This document shows positions 44,786 to 55,200 of a stretch of 64,000 bases of DNA, one piece after another. The notes under the pieces are model-generated. The model was not told the origin of the DNA. It worked only from the letters and a program-made list of their open reading frames with translations, and made no database searches. The DNA is from Prevotella sp. (GTDB lineage Bacteria > Bacteroidota > Bacteroidia > Bacteroidales > Bacteroidaceae): positions 5,629 to 69,628 of the forward strand of contig DAWDCC010000005.1 of NCBI GenBank assembly GCA_052355365.1, in the 5' to 3' direction. The position numbers and the translations under genes are program-made. Every line of letters begins with the position of its first letter. The first letter of the stretch is position 1.

Positions 44786-45244
44786 TTAGGCTTCAGCGCC
44801 TAAGATCTGTTGTGCATGTTCCTTCACCTTGATCTGCTTGGGACGGAAGATCTCAGTGATCACACCATTCTCGTCGGTCACGAAGGTCGTGCGGAAGATA
44901 CCCATCGTGGTCTTTCCATACATTTTCTTCTCGCCGTAGGCACCGAGAGCCTCTACGAGTTTCTTTTCCGTATCAGCGATGAGGGGGAAGGGTAAGTTAT
45001 ATTTTGCGATGAACTTTTTGTGGCTCTCTGCACTCTGAATGCTCACGCCGACGACGGCATAGCCTTTGTCGAGCATCGACTGATAGTTGTCGCGCAGGTT
45101 GCAAGCCTCGTTGGTGCATCCCGGCGTAGCGTCGCGCGGATAGATATAGAGTACGAGCTTTTTTCCTTGGAAGTCGCTCAACTTCACTTCATTGCCGTCC
45201 TGGTCAATTCCCAGGAACTCCGGCAGTTTATCTCCTATTTCCAT
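44786..45244 (-). CDS. bcp: Thioredoxin-dependent thiol peroxidase (peroxiredoxin Bcp)
   Basis: 152 aa AhpC/TSA fold with the peroxidatic Cys motif (DATPGCTNEAC). Confidence 0.9.
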   Translation of the reverse strand: MEIGDKLPEFLGIDQDGNEVKLSDFQGKKLVLYIYPRDATPGCTNEACNLRDNYQSMLDKGYAVVGVSIQSAESHKKFIAKYNLPFPLIADTEKKLVEALGAYGEKKMYGKTTMGIFRTTFVTDENGVITEIFRPKQIKVKEHAQQILGAEA

Positions 45245-45250
45245 AATAAT

Positions 45251-45276
45251 GTGTTATTGTGTTATTGTGTTATTGT
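45251..45276. repeat. 8-bp tandem repeat (GTGTTATT, three copies) at the junction of bcp and the truncated DUF486 gene
   Basis: Read directly from the sequence. It encodes the aberrant C-terminus ...TDNNTITQ* of the upstream ORF. Confidence 0.9.
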
Positions 45277-45511
45277 CTGTCAGCTGTATGAGAAAGAAGG
45301 GACCGCCGTCGCCTTGGAAGCCAATGCGGTTGGCGGGTACCTGACAACAATACTCAAAGAAGGCAATGCACCACGAAAAGACGATGACGCCGATCAGTGG
45401 CCAGTGGTTACTGATGTGTGCCTGTTGCAGTTTCAGATGGCCATACCAAGCCAATGTCATAAAGACATTGCTGCATAACAGCAATGCGATAGTAGATAAT
45501 CCGCGATACAC
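45254..45511 (-). pseudogene. DMT-superfamily DUF486 membrane protein, 3'-truncated
   Basis: The N-terminal approximately 76 aa match the usual DUF486 pattern (FMTLAWYGHLK...FFEYCCQVPANRIGF..GGPF). The sequence then diverges into repeat-encoded residues and stops about 40 aa short of the length I recall for this family. The start codon is GTG. Confidence 0.55.
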
Positions 45512-45523
45512 TTTCTTTGCCGG

Positions 45524-46240
45524 TTACTTGTTGCTTGTAGCGTTCTTCGCGTCGCTGATGACAGAAAGAACCACGTACCATGCGATGATAATCGCGAAAG
45601 CATATTCACGGAAGATGATCAACAGCGGAATGCAAGTGATGAGGAAGGAGTAGCGGAGCTCGTTGCCTTTCCATCCCCAGTGCTTGAATTTCAATGCGAA
45701 CATCGGGATCTCGGCGATGAGCAGCCATGAGCTGACGAGCATGAGGGCGATGAGTGCTACGGACATATACGGCGACAGTGTCTCCCAATGCTTTGCGCTG
45801 AGGATCAGAGAGCCCCAAAAGAGTGCGTTGGCAGGTGTCGGCAATCCGATGAAACCCATGGCCTGACGCTCATCGAGATTGAACTTTGCCAGTCGAAGTG
45901 CTGAGAAGGCAGCCATGATATAGGCTACGAAAGCCACATAGTCGCCTACCGGCTGCAGCCAAGAAGGGTAGTCCATCACGAGCAACTGGGAGAACAGCAT
46001 GGTGGAGGGCGCTACGCCAAACGTCACATCATCGGCCAGCGAATCCAGTTCCTTACCGATAGGTGAGGGCACATGCAGCAGACGGGCACTCATACCATCG
46101 AAGAAGTCAAAAACGGCCCCGATGATGATCCACAGCAATGCCAGTTCCGGGTCGTGAAAAAAAGCAAAGCACGTAGCGATGCAGCCCGAGATGAGGTTGC
46201 AGCAGGTCAGCGTGTTGGGGATATGTTTCTTGATATTCAT
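45524..46240 (-). CDS. pssA: CDP-diacylglycerol--serine O-phosphatidyltransferase
   Basis: CDP-alcohol phosphatidyltransferase motif (DFFDGMSARLL...GKELDSLAD). It is adjacent to psd. Confidence 0.88.
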   Translation of the reverse strand: MNIKKHIPNTLTCCNLISGCIATCFAFFHDPELALLWIIIGAVFDFFDGMSARLLHVPSPIGKELDSLADDVTFGVAPSTMLFSQLLVMDYPSWLQPVGDYVAFVAYIMAAFSALRLAKFNLDERQAMGFIGLPTPANALFWGSLILSAKHWETLSPYMSVALIALMLVSSWLLIAEIPMFALKFKHWGWKGNELRYSFLITCIPLLIIFREYAFAIIIAWYVVLSVISDAKNATSNK

Positions 46241-46314
46241 AGTGAATACTAATTCTGTTTGTCAGTACACAATATACATCTTTATTTATGCACTATACAT
46301 TACTCATTATTTAT

Positions 46315-47007
46315 TTAGGGCAGCTTTGCGAGGATCGTCTGGTCACCTGTTGTCTTCTGTCCCATCTTCACCATCACCTTACTGCCGATGGGTAGGAAGA
46401 CATCTACACGCGATCCGAGTTTGATGAATCCCAGGTGCTCGTCGATATAACAGTCTTCGCCTTCCTTAGCGTAAGTGATAATGCGTCGGGCCATGGCGCC
46501 TGCGATCTGTCGGCACAGCACGTCGACACCATGCTCTGTGGTGATCATCGTGTCGGCACGCTCGTTCTCTTCACTGGCCTTGGGCAGCCAAGCCTTGTGG
46601 TAGTTGCCGTTCTGATGCTTGACAAACTTCACCTTACCGTCTACGGGGAACCAGTTGGCATGAACGTTGAAAAGACTCATAAAGATGCTGATCATCAATC
46701 GCTTGTCGTGGAAATACTCATTCTCTTCCACCTCTTCGATTACCACGATCTTGCCGTCAGCGGGCGCTACGACGATCTTATCGGTGTCTTCCATGTTGAG
46801 GAATCTGATCGGACACTGGTAGAAATTGAAGACGATGCCATAGACGACACCAAAGACGACGAAGAACAGCCAAAACGGCCACTTTGTGTCAAAGCCATAC
46901 CACAGTGCGGCGCCGGCGGCGATGATAAAGATGAGTCCGTAAAGCAATGTGTCATTGCCCTCACGGTGTATGCGTATTTTCTTTAGTTTCTGTATCTTTT
47001 TTCCCAT
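46315..47007 (-). CDS. psd: Phosphatidylserine decarboxylase proenzyme
   Basis: The LGS cleavage motif is present ([14 protein letters not shown]), along with an N-terminal TM segment. Start set at the ATG at 47007 (MGKKIQKL...). Confidence 0.88.
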   Translation of the reverse strand: MGKKIQKLKKIRIHREGNDTLLYGLIFIIAAGAALWYGFDTKWPFWLFFVVFGVVYGIVFNFYQCPIRFLNMEDTDKIVVAPADGKIVVIEEVEENEYFHDKRLMISIFMSLFNVHANWFPVDGKVKFVKHQNGNYHKAWLPKASEENERADTMITTEHGVDVLCRQIAGAMARRIITYAKEGEDCYIDEHLGFIKLGSRVDVFLPIGSKVMVKMGQKTTGDQTILAKLP

Positions 47008-47180
47008 GGTTGCTCTAAGAGAGTTTCGGTTTTTCCTTGTCACTTGCATGCAAAGTTAATTCTTTTTTATCACTCCTACAAATTTTTTATACGCTACTTT
47101 TGGTTGTCTCGCTTTTTAGACGTAACTTTACACTCGGTTTTATGCTCATTATACGCTTTTAAAGTTCAAAAGAAGAATTG

Positions 47181-50100
47181 ATGGAAGATTTCGTTCATTT
47201 GCACGTACATACACATTATTCTATTCTTGACGGTCAGTCTAAGGTGCCTCATCTGGTCGACAAGGCCATCAAGGACGGCATGAGGGGCATGGCCATTACC
47301 GACCACGGCGTGATGTATGGCATCAAGGAGTTCTCGGACTATTGTGCCGGTGTCAACAAGCAACGCAAGGCCGACGGACTGGAGCCTTTCAAGCCCATTT
47401 TTGGTTGTGAGATGTATGTGGCGCACCATCACAAGGAGGACAAGAACAAGGATGCCGGTGACAAGTCGGGCTATCACCTCATTGTGTTGGCAAAGAACTA
47501 CCACGGATATAAGAATCTTATCAAGCTCGTCAGTCGCGCCTGGACCGACGGATATTATTATCGGCCGCGTACCGACCGCTATGACTTGGAGAAATATCAC
47601 GAGGATCTGATTGTCTGTTCGGCGTGTATTGCCGGCGAGGTGCCCGCCAAGATTCTCAAAGGCGACATCGAGGGTGCCAAGGAAGCCGCCCGCTGGTATC
47701 ACCGTGTCTTCGGCGATGACTACTATCTTGAGCTGCAGCGCCATGAGGTTAAAGACCCGAATATCCGTGCCAACCGTGATACCTTCCCTTTGCAGCAACG
47801 CGCCAATGCCGCGATCATGAAGATTGCTAAGGAAGAAGGTATCAAGCTCGTCTGCACCAATGACTGTCACTTCGAGGACAAAGACACTGCCGAGGCCCAC
47901 GACCACCTGCTCTGTCTGGCTACTGGCAAGGATCTTGATGATCCTACGCGTATGCTCTATACCAAACAGGAGTGGTTCAAGACCCGGCAGGAGATGAACG
48001 ACATCTTCAGCGATGTGCCCGAGGCATTGCGCAACACGCAGGAAGTTCTTGATAAGGTAGAGATCTACAGCATCGATCACGGACCTGTCATGCCGTTCTT
48101 CCCCATTCCTGAGAGTTTCGGTACGGAGGAGGAATGGCACAAGAAATTTACCGAGGAACAGCTCTTCAAGGAGTTCACCACCGATGAGCACGGTGAAAAT
48201 CCGTTGCTTCCCGACAAGGCGCAGGCCGTTATCGACCGCCTCGGTGGCTATGACAAGATCTACCGCATCAAATTCGAGGCCGACTATTTGGCCAAACTCG
48301 CCTACGATGGCGCGAAGAAGCGCTACGGCGATCCGCTGCCCGACAATGTCAAGGAGCATATCAACTTCGAGCTGCACGTGATGAAGACGATGGGTTTCCC
48401 GGGTTACTTCCTCATTGTGCAGGACTTCATTAATTCCGCCCGCAACGAGCTCGGCGTGTGGGTGGGACCGGGTCGTGGCTCCGCCGCAGGTTCTGTGGTA
48501 GCCTATTGTTTGGGTATCACGAAGATAGATCCTTTGAAATACGACCTGCTGTTTGAGCGTTTCCTCAACCCTGACCGTGTCAATCTCCCGGATATTGATA
48601 CTGACTTCGACGACGACGGACGTGGTAAAGTGCTCCGATGGGTCATGGACAAATACGGTCACGAGAACTGTGCCCACATCATCACCTATGGCAGCATGGC
48701 CACGAAGAACTCCCTTGCTGACGTGGCGCGTGTGGAGAAACTGCCGTTGGAGAAGGCCAACGCATTGAAGAAAGCTATTCCCGACCGACTGCCCGACGGC
48801 ATGAAGATGAACTTGGGAAATGCCATCAAATGCACGCCGGAGCTACGCGAGGCGATGGCCTCACCCGATCCCCGTGAGCGCAACACCATCAAATATGCCC
48901 GTCAGCTCGAGGGCACCATCCGAGGTACCGGCCTCCACGCCTGCGGTTTCATCATCTGCCGGGACCCGATCAGCGACTGGGTTCCTGTGTCCACGGCCGA
49001 CGACCCCGACTTTCCGGGACTGAAATGTGCCGTCACGCAATACGACGGACACGTCATCGAGTCCACCGGACTGATCAAGATGGACTTCCTCGGACTGAAG
49101 ACGCTCTCAGAGTTGAAGGAGGCCTGCAAGGTCATCAAGCAGACAACAGGCGACGTCATCGACCTCGACAACATCCCCATCGACGATGATCTCACCTATA
49201 AACTCTATCAGCAGGGCCGTACCATCGGTACTTTCCAGTTTGAGTCGCCTGGCATGCAGAAATACCTGCGTGAGCTGAAGCCGACCGTCTTTGAGGACTT
49301 GATCGCTATGAATGCCCTCTACCGACCAGGACCTATGGACTACATTCCCTCGTTCATTGCCCGTAAGAACGGTCAGGAGCCGATCACCTACGACATTCCT
49401 TGCATGGAGAAATACCTCAAGGACACCTATGGTATCACCGTCTATCAGGAGCAGGTGATGCTTCTCTCGCGTCAGCTGGCCAACTTCACGCGTGGACAGA
49501 GCGATGCCCTGCGTAAGGCCATGGGTAAGAAAAAGAAGAAGATCGTCGACCAGATGAAGCCGCTCTTCCTCGAAGGTGGTCAGAAGAATGGCCACGACCC
49601 GAAAGTACTTGAGAAAATATGGTCCGACTGGGAGAAGTTTGCTTCCTACGCCTTCAACAAATCTCACGCTACCTGTTACTCGTGGGTGGCCTACCAGACC
49701 GCTTATCTCAAGGCCCACTACCCGGCAGAGTACATGGCTGCTCTGATGACACGCCGCCATAGCGACATCGGTGAGATCACCAAGCTCATGGAGGAATGCA
49801 AGTCGATGAACATCCCGACGCTGGGCCCTGATGTCAATGAGAGCTATGTGCAGTTTGGTGTGAACAAGAATGGTGAGATCCGCTTCGGTCTTTCCGCCAT
49901 CAAGGGCATGGGTGCCGCCGCGGCAGCTGCCATCGTCAAGGAACGGGAAACCAACGGACCTTATAAGGATATCTACGACTTTGCCGAGCGTGTCAGCCTG
50001 AAGGATGTCAACCGCAAGGCTTTTGAAAGTCTGGCACTCAGCGGAGGCTTTGACTGCTTTGGCAATCAGCGCGAGCAGTATCTCGCACCCAATGCCAAAG

Positions 50101-50900
50101 GTGAGGTGTTTCTCGATCTCATCGTGCGCTTCGGTCAGCAATATCAAGAGGACAAGAGTCAGGCTGCCAACTCGCTCTTCGGTGCCATGGCCAGCGACAT
50201 TGCCGTGGCTACACCGCCGTTGCCCAAGGCCGAGCCGTGGAGTTCCATCGAGCGCTTGGGCAAGGAGAAGGAGCTCGTCGGCATCTATCTCAGCGCTCAT
50301 CCGTTAGATGAGTATGCCATCGTGCTACGCCATCTGTGCAATACCAGCTGCGCAGAGGTCGGTGACCGCGACAACCGGGAGGAACTCTCACAGCGTGGTG
50401 AGCTGACCTTCGGCGGTATGGTCACCAAAGTCACCACGCGCTACAATAAGCGGGGCGAGCCTTTCGGCATTGTCACCATTGAGGATTTTGAAGGCCCGGG
50501 CGAGTTGGCACTCTTCGGCGACGACTGGGCACGCTGGCAAGGATGGTTCAAGGAAGGTTCGCCGGTGTATGTCATTGCCAAGTGCTTCAAGCGCTTCCCG
50601 ACGAGCCAGTACTATAGTTTCAACGTGATGAGCGTGGAGTTCCTCGCCAAAGTCAAGGACACGCATATCAACCGGCTGACCATCTCGGTCAAGAGCAAGT
50701 CGCTCGACGAGTCAACGGTCAGTGACCTGCTCTCACTAATCGATGAAAAACCGGGCAAGACCGAGCTCTGCTTCAATGTCGACGATGAGGAAACGGGTAC
50801 CAAACTGCTCCTCCGTGCCACAACCAAACGCGTGGAGGTGGGCAAGCAACTTGTGGAGTACGTCGACGGGAGGCAGGATATGACACTGTTCCTCAACTGA
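47181..50900 (+). CDS. dnaE: DNA polymerase III alpha subunit
   Basis: PHP domain (FVHLHVHTHYSILDG), polymerase core and OB-fold region, about 1239 aa. The ATG is at 47181 because the track start at 47178 is TTG. Confidence 0.95.
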   Translation: MEDFVHLHVHTHYSILDGQSKVPHLVDKAIKDGMRGMAITDHGVMYGIKEFSDYCAGVNKQRKADGLEPFKPIFGCEMYVAHHHKEDKNKDAGDKSGYHLIVLAKNYHGYKNLIKLVSRAWTDGYYYRPRTDRYDLEKYHEDLIVCSACIAGEVPAKILKGDIEGAKEAARWYHRVFGDDYYLELQRHEVKDPNIRANRDTFPLQQRANAAIMKIAKEEGIKLVCTNDCHFEDKDTAEAHDHLLCLATGKDLDDPTRMLYTKQEWFKTRQEMNDIFSDVPEALRNTQEVLDKVEIYSIDHGPVMPFFPIPESFGTEEEWHKKFTEEQLFKEFTTDEHGENPLLPDKAQAVIDRLGGYDKIYRIKFEADYLAKLAYDGAKKRYGDPLPDNVKEHINFELHVMKTMGFPGYFLIVQDFINSARNELGVWVGPGRGSAAGSVVAYCLGITKIDPLKYDLLFERFLNPDRVNLPDIDTDFDDDGRGKVLRWVMDKYGHENCAHIITYGSMATKNSLADVARVEKLPLEKANALKKAIPDRLPDGMKMNLGNAIKCTPELREAMASPDPRERNTIKYARQLEGTIRGTGLHACGFIICRDPISDWVPVSTADDPDFPGLKCAVTQYDGHVIESTGLIKMDFLGLKTLSELKEACKVIKQTTGDVIDLDNIPIDDDLTYKLYQQGRTIGTFQFESPGMQKYLRELKPTVFEDLIAMNALYRPGPMDYIPSFIARKNGQEPITYDIPCMEKYLKDTYGITVYQEQVMLLSRQLANFTRGQSDALRKAMGKKKKKIVDQMKPLFLEGGQKNGHDPKVLEKIWSDWEKFASYAFNKSHATCYSWVAYQTAYLKAHYPAEYMAALMTRRHSDIGEITKLMEECKSMNIPTLGPDVNESYVQFGVNKNGEIRFGLSAIKGMGAAAAAAIVKERETNGPYKDIYDFAERVSLKDVNRKAFESLALSGGFDCFGNQREQYLAPNAKGEVFLDLIVRFGQQYQEDKSQAANSLFGAMASDIAVATPPLPKAEPWSSIERLGKEKELVGIYLSAHPLDEYAIVLRHLCNTSCAEVGDRDNREELSQRGELTFGGMVTKVTTRYNKRGEPFGIVTIEDFEGPGELALFGDDWARWQGWFKEGSPVYVIAKCFKRFPTSQYYSFNVMSVEFLAKVKDTHINRLTISVKSKSLDESTVSDLLSLIDEKPGKTELCFNVDDEETGTKLLLRATTKRVEVGKQLVEYVDGRQDMTLFLN

Positions 50901-50998
50901 GGAATGTATAATGTATGGTGTATAAATGATAATGCATAAATGAGACTGCATACCTTATACATATGATATAAAGAAGAAAAGAATATAGATTTATCATT

Positions 50999-51412
50999 AT
51001 GGAGATAAAGATTCAATCATTAGACACGATCCGCGAGGCGGCTCGTGAGTTTATCAAGGCCATGGGCGAGCACACCGTGTTTGCCTTCTACGGTAAGATG
51101 GGAGCCGGCAAGACCACTTTCATCAAGGCCATCTGCGAAGAGTTGGGTGTAGAGGACGTCATCACCTCCCCTACATTCGCCATTGTCAACGAGTATCGTT
51201 CTTCCACGACCGACGAGCTCATCTACCATTTCGACTTCTACCGCATCAAGAAATTGGAGGAAGTCTACGACATGGGGTATGAAGATTACTTCTATAGTGG
51301 TGCACTCTGCTTCCTGGAGTGGCCGGAGCTCATCGAGGACATCCTGCCCGGAGATGCCGTGAAGGTCACGATCGCCGAGCAGCCCGACGGTTCACGTCTC
51401 GTCACCTTCTAA
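50999..51412 (+). CDS. tsaE: tRNA t6A37 biosynthesis ATPase TsaE
   Basis: 137 aa with a Walker A motif ([10 protein letters not shown]) and the SPTF motif. Confidence 0.88.
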   Translation: MEIKIQSLDTIREAAREFIKAMGEHTVFAFYGKMGAGKTTFIKAICEELGVEDVITSPTFAIVNEYRSSTTDELIYHFDFYRIKKLEEVYDMGYEDYFYSGALCFLEWPELIEDILPGDAVKVTIAEQPDGSRLVTF

Positions 51413-51627
51413 AGAGCCGCTACCGCCGTTACAAGTCCCATTTCCGCTTTGGGAATCTGGAGATGAGGATGAAGATGCCGGGTCTCAGTCCATGATCGGA
51501 ACGGAACCGAGGCTCTGCTGTTTTTCAGTGTCAGCTATCTTTTATTCGAAAAGTTTGGGATTCTCAACTTTATTATTTAATTTTGCAAACAAAAATTAAT
51601 CACGTTACAAAATAGAAAGGTAAAGCA

Positions 51628-51948
51628 ATGGAAGTAGAAATTACAACCAAGAATTTCGAGACTTATAAGAATGGCGAACTGCCATTGGTAGTTGATCTCT
51701 GGGCAACATGGTGCGGTCCCTGTCGCATGGTGGCTCCGATTATCTCTGAGCTGGCACAGGAGTACGACGGCAAGATTGTTGTTGGCAAGTGCGACGTTGA
51801 GGAGAACGACGACATCGCCATGGAGTTTGGCGTGCGCAATATCCCTACCGTGCTGTTCTTCAAGGATGGTCAGCTCGTTGACAAGTTTGTCGGTGCTGCA
51901 TCTAAGGATAAGTTCGAGGAGAAATTCAAGGCACTGTTGGAGAAGTAA
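51628..51948 (+). CDS. trxA: Thioredoxin
   Basis: WCGPC active site, 106 aa. A TAATTTTG box lies at 51588-51595. Confidence 0.93.
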   Translation: MEVEITTKNFETYKNGELPLVVDLWATWCGPCRMVAPIISELAQEYDGKIVVGKCDVEENDDIAMEFGVRNIPTVLFFKDGQLVDKFVGAASKDKFEEKFKALLEK

Positions 51949-51977
51949 GTGACTGCCAATAAGCCAAGAAAAGATAT

Positions 51978-52016
51978 AGAGGAGAGTAGCCTACCGGTTG
52001 CCCTCCTCTTTTTTTG
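51978..52016 (+). terminator. Rho-independent terminator of trxA
   Basis: AGAGGAG...CTCCTCT stem followed by a T8 run. Confidence 0.7.
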
Positions 52017-52227
52017 TTTATCCGTGTATAGAGTTCGTGAGCATCTTTTGGGCTGTTAACGTTCCATCATCGATGGAATTAAGAATATACTCGAATATAA
52101 AGAATATTATTGATATCGTGTCGATCGTATAGAGAGTTACATATTCATATTCTTTATATTCGTTGATCTTCTTTATTCCGCATAGCGGAGCGTCAAACTC
52201 CAAGACAATGTATATTCGTGAAAGGGC

Positions 52228-55200
52228 TTACTCCGCATTCTTTTTGTACTTCGATGGCAGGTAGCCATAGAGATCCTTGAAGCAGCGGGAGAAGTAGCGC
52301 GTGGAAGAGAAGCCCACCATGTAGCCGATCTCCGAGATGCTCAACTGGCTTTGCACCAGGAGACGCTCGGCATGGCGCAGACGTACGAGCCGTATCAGCT
52401 CGCTCGGCGTCTTGCCCGTGATGCTGACGACACGGCGATAGAGCTGCACACGGCTCATGGCCAGGTCATCGCTCATCTGCTCTACGGTCAGATCCGAGTC
52501 GCTGAGATGCTCCTCGATATAGTGCGTAGCCTTGTCGATAAATGCCTCGTCCTGTGTGGTGATGGCGGTCTTGCTGATCTTCGGATCCACCTTTCCGTTG
52601 TCGACGATTCGGCCCTGCTTGAGCAGCTGGTCGATGTGCAGTCTGAAGAGATCCATGCTGAATGGCTTCTTGATATAGTCGTCGGCTCCGCATTCGCGGC
52701 TCTCTATCTCGTTCTCATCGGCCAGTCGTGCGGTGAGCACCATCACGGGCAGATGATGCGTCTTGTCGCTTCCCTTGATTTTCCGGCAGAGCTCGTTGCC
52801 GTCCATCACGGGCATCATCACGTCTGTAATCACCAGGTCGGGCATGTCGTGGTGGATGACTTCCAGTGCCTGCTTGCCGTTTTCCGCTTTCAGAATGCGG
52901 TAGTTGGCTTGCAGCTCTTCGCTGAGGAAGCCGAGGAAGTCCATGTTGTCGTCGACCAAGAGCAGGGTGGAGCGCTGCTGCCGGCAGTTGTCGTTGGCAG
53001 TGCCGGTGCTTTTGGCTGGGATGGTGGCAGGCACTGTGTTGTCATTGTCCAAAGCCTGGACATATCCTTCTCCTTCCGTTTTCAAGTCTTTTACCGGCAG
53101 CGTGATCGTGAACAGCGCGCCGCCGCCTTTGTTGTCTTCCACCGTGATTGTCCCGCCGAGCATCTGTGCATATTCCCATGTCAGGTTGAGTCCGATGCCG
53201 CTGCCTTGGTGCGTCTTGCCGTCTTCAGCCTGATAGAAGCGCTCAAAGAGATGAGGCTTGTCCTTGTCGCTGACGCCGGGGCCATTGTCGGCCACGCTGA
53301 TGAGCACCTGTTGCTGGTCGTTGAGGCTTACCGAGACGTCGACACGTCCTTCCATGGGCGCGAACTTATAAGCGTTGGACAGCAGGTTGGTCACCATGCG
53401 GTCGATCTTGCCTTTGTCAAACGGAAGGATCAGATGGGCCACGTCGGCGTGGAAAGTCAGCGTGATGCCTTTGTCCGACAACGCCGAGAAAGGCTCGCAA
53501 AGCTCGTGGATGTAGGAGATCAGATCGCCGGTGGTGAGCTTTATCTTTTCTTTTCCCCGCATCATACGGCGGAGATCCAGCATCTTGTTGACCATCATCA
53601 GCAGTTGGCGCGCATTACGTTGGATGAGCCTTAGCTGCCGCAGTGTCGTCGCGTCGTAGTCCTGCCGTCTCATCATACTCTCTAACGGTGAGAGGATGAG
53701 AGTCAGTGGTGTACGCAGTTCATGGCTGATGTTGGTGAAGAAGTCGATTTTGGCTTCCTCCACCTCTTTTTGTTTTCTGAGTTCCATCTTCTGCAACTCG
53801 TTGATTCGTCTGAGTCGCAATCGTCTGCGGATGTCCCAGACGAGCAGGAGCAACAGTAGCACATAGACGACCAATGCCCATGGTTGCAGATAGAAAGGAG
53901 GGCGGATGACGATCTTCAGTTGGTCGATGCATGGCGATGGTGTACCGTCAGCGTTGGTCATTCTCACCTCCAGTGTATAGCGTCCGGGGGCGAGACTTGT
54001 GAAGTGGACGTAAGGATCGTTGCTTGGTGCTGCCGACCACTTGCTCTCGTAGCCTCGCAGACGATAGAGAATATGGGGCTGAGCCTGCTGTCCTGCCAGT
54101 GTGGTGGCCAGTTGAATGGTGAACGTATTCTCGTCGTGCCCGAGTACGATCTTTCTGCAATCGTTGAGCGATTCGGTCAGCACGACATGTCCGTTGACAG
54201 AGTCTCCCACACCTACGACATGGTCGAAGAGCGACAGTCCGCTGAAGAGCAGCCGTGCTTTGCTCTGTTGCTGACTTACGCTCCACGGCAACACGATGTT
54301 CACGCCGTCGATGCCGCCGACGAGGATGCGCCCGTCGCGTAAGCAGAGGATGGAGCGTTTGTTAAACAGCCTGTTCTGCAGTCCGCCGGCGCGGCCGTAG
54401 GAAGTGACGGGATACTGGCTTTCGCCTTGCCGCATCTTCGTGGAGATACGTTTCAGTCCGTCGCTCGTCGTTGCCCAGATGTTGTGATAGTGGTCTTCGG
54501 CAATGGCGCATACCTCGGTTTGGTCATTGAGACTTTGCAGGCTCACGGTGTTGAGGAGCTGCTCTCTCGGTTCCAGTACGTTGAGCCCGGAAGTGTTGGC
54601 GATCCACAGTCTTCCGCTTGTGTCGTAGAGCACTTGGTTGACCGACAGGCTTGTCAGCTGATTGCCCTTGCGGTCTCCCTGCTGGCTGATGTTGAGAAAC
54701 TTGCGCGATCCCGTTCTCAGCAGTGACACGCCTTGGGAGTGACCGATGGCCAGTGTGCCGTCGGGTGCTACAGACAGACTCGACAGATAATCAGAGACGA
54801 GGTTGCTGTTGCGTGTGTTGTAGGTGGTGAACTTCCCTGTTTTCGGATCGAGCTGTTGCAGTCCTGCGCCGAGCGTGGCAATGGCGATGGTGCCGTCGCG
54901 GAGCTGAGCCAGTGCCCACACGTTGTCGTGGGCGATGGCTGAGTTCTTTTGTCGGTAGACGGTCCACTTGCCTTTGCTCAGGTGTGCGAGTCCGCCCTGA
55001 TAAGCGCCGAACCACAGACTGCCGTCCCTGTCGGCGAGTGTTGTCACGACCACATCGCTTCCCAGTCCGCTTTGTGCCATGGTGATGTGCCGGACATCTT
55101 TCTTGAGGTCATACCATTCGATGCCGCTGTCGTTGGTACCGAGCCAGATCGCGCCGTCGTGATCTTGTGCCATCGTGCAGACGTCGCCCAAGGGCATGAG

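Noticed and set aside
47166-48677. 503-aa minus-strand ORF opposite dnaE. Similar ORFs lie at 49107-50300, 52351-53634, 54949-55974, 58329-59129, 59781-60866 and 60926-61708.
   Set aside because: Same reasoning. They are antisense to dnaE, the HTCS, the YfhO-family gene and the HAD hydrolase, all of which carry diagnostic motifs.
52018-52203. 61-aa minus-strand ORF downstream of the HTCS gene
   Set aside because: Its AT-rich composition differs from host genes. It has no promoter box, no motif and no plausible start context, and it spans a 16-bp inverted repeat. It is probably non-coding.
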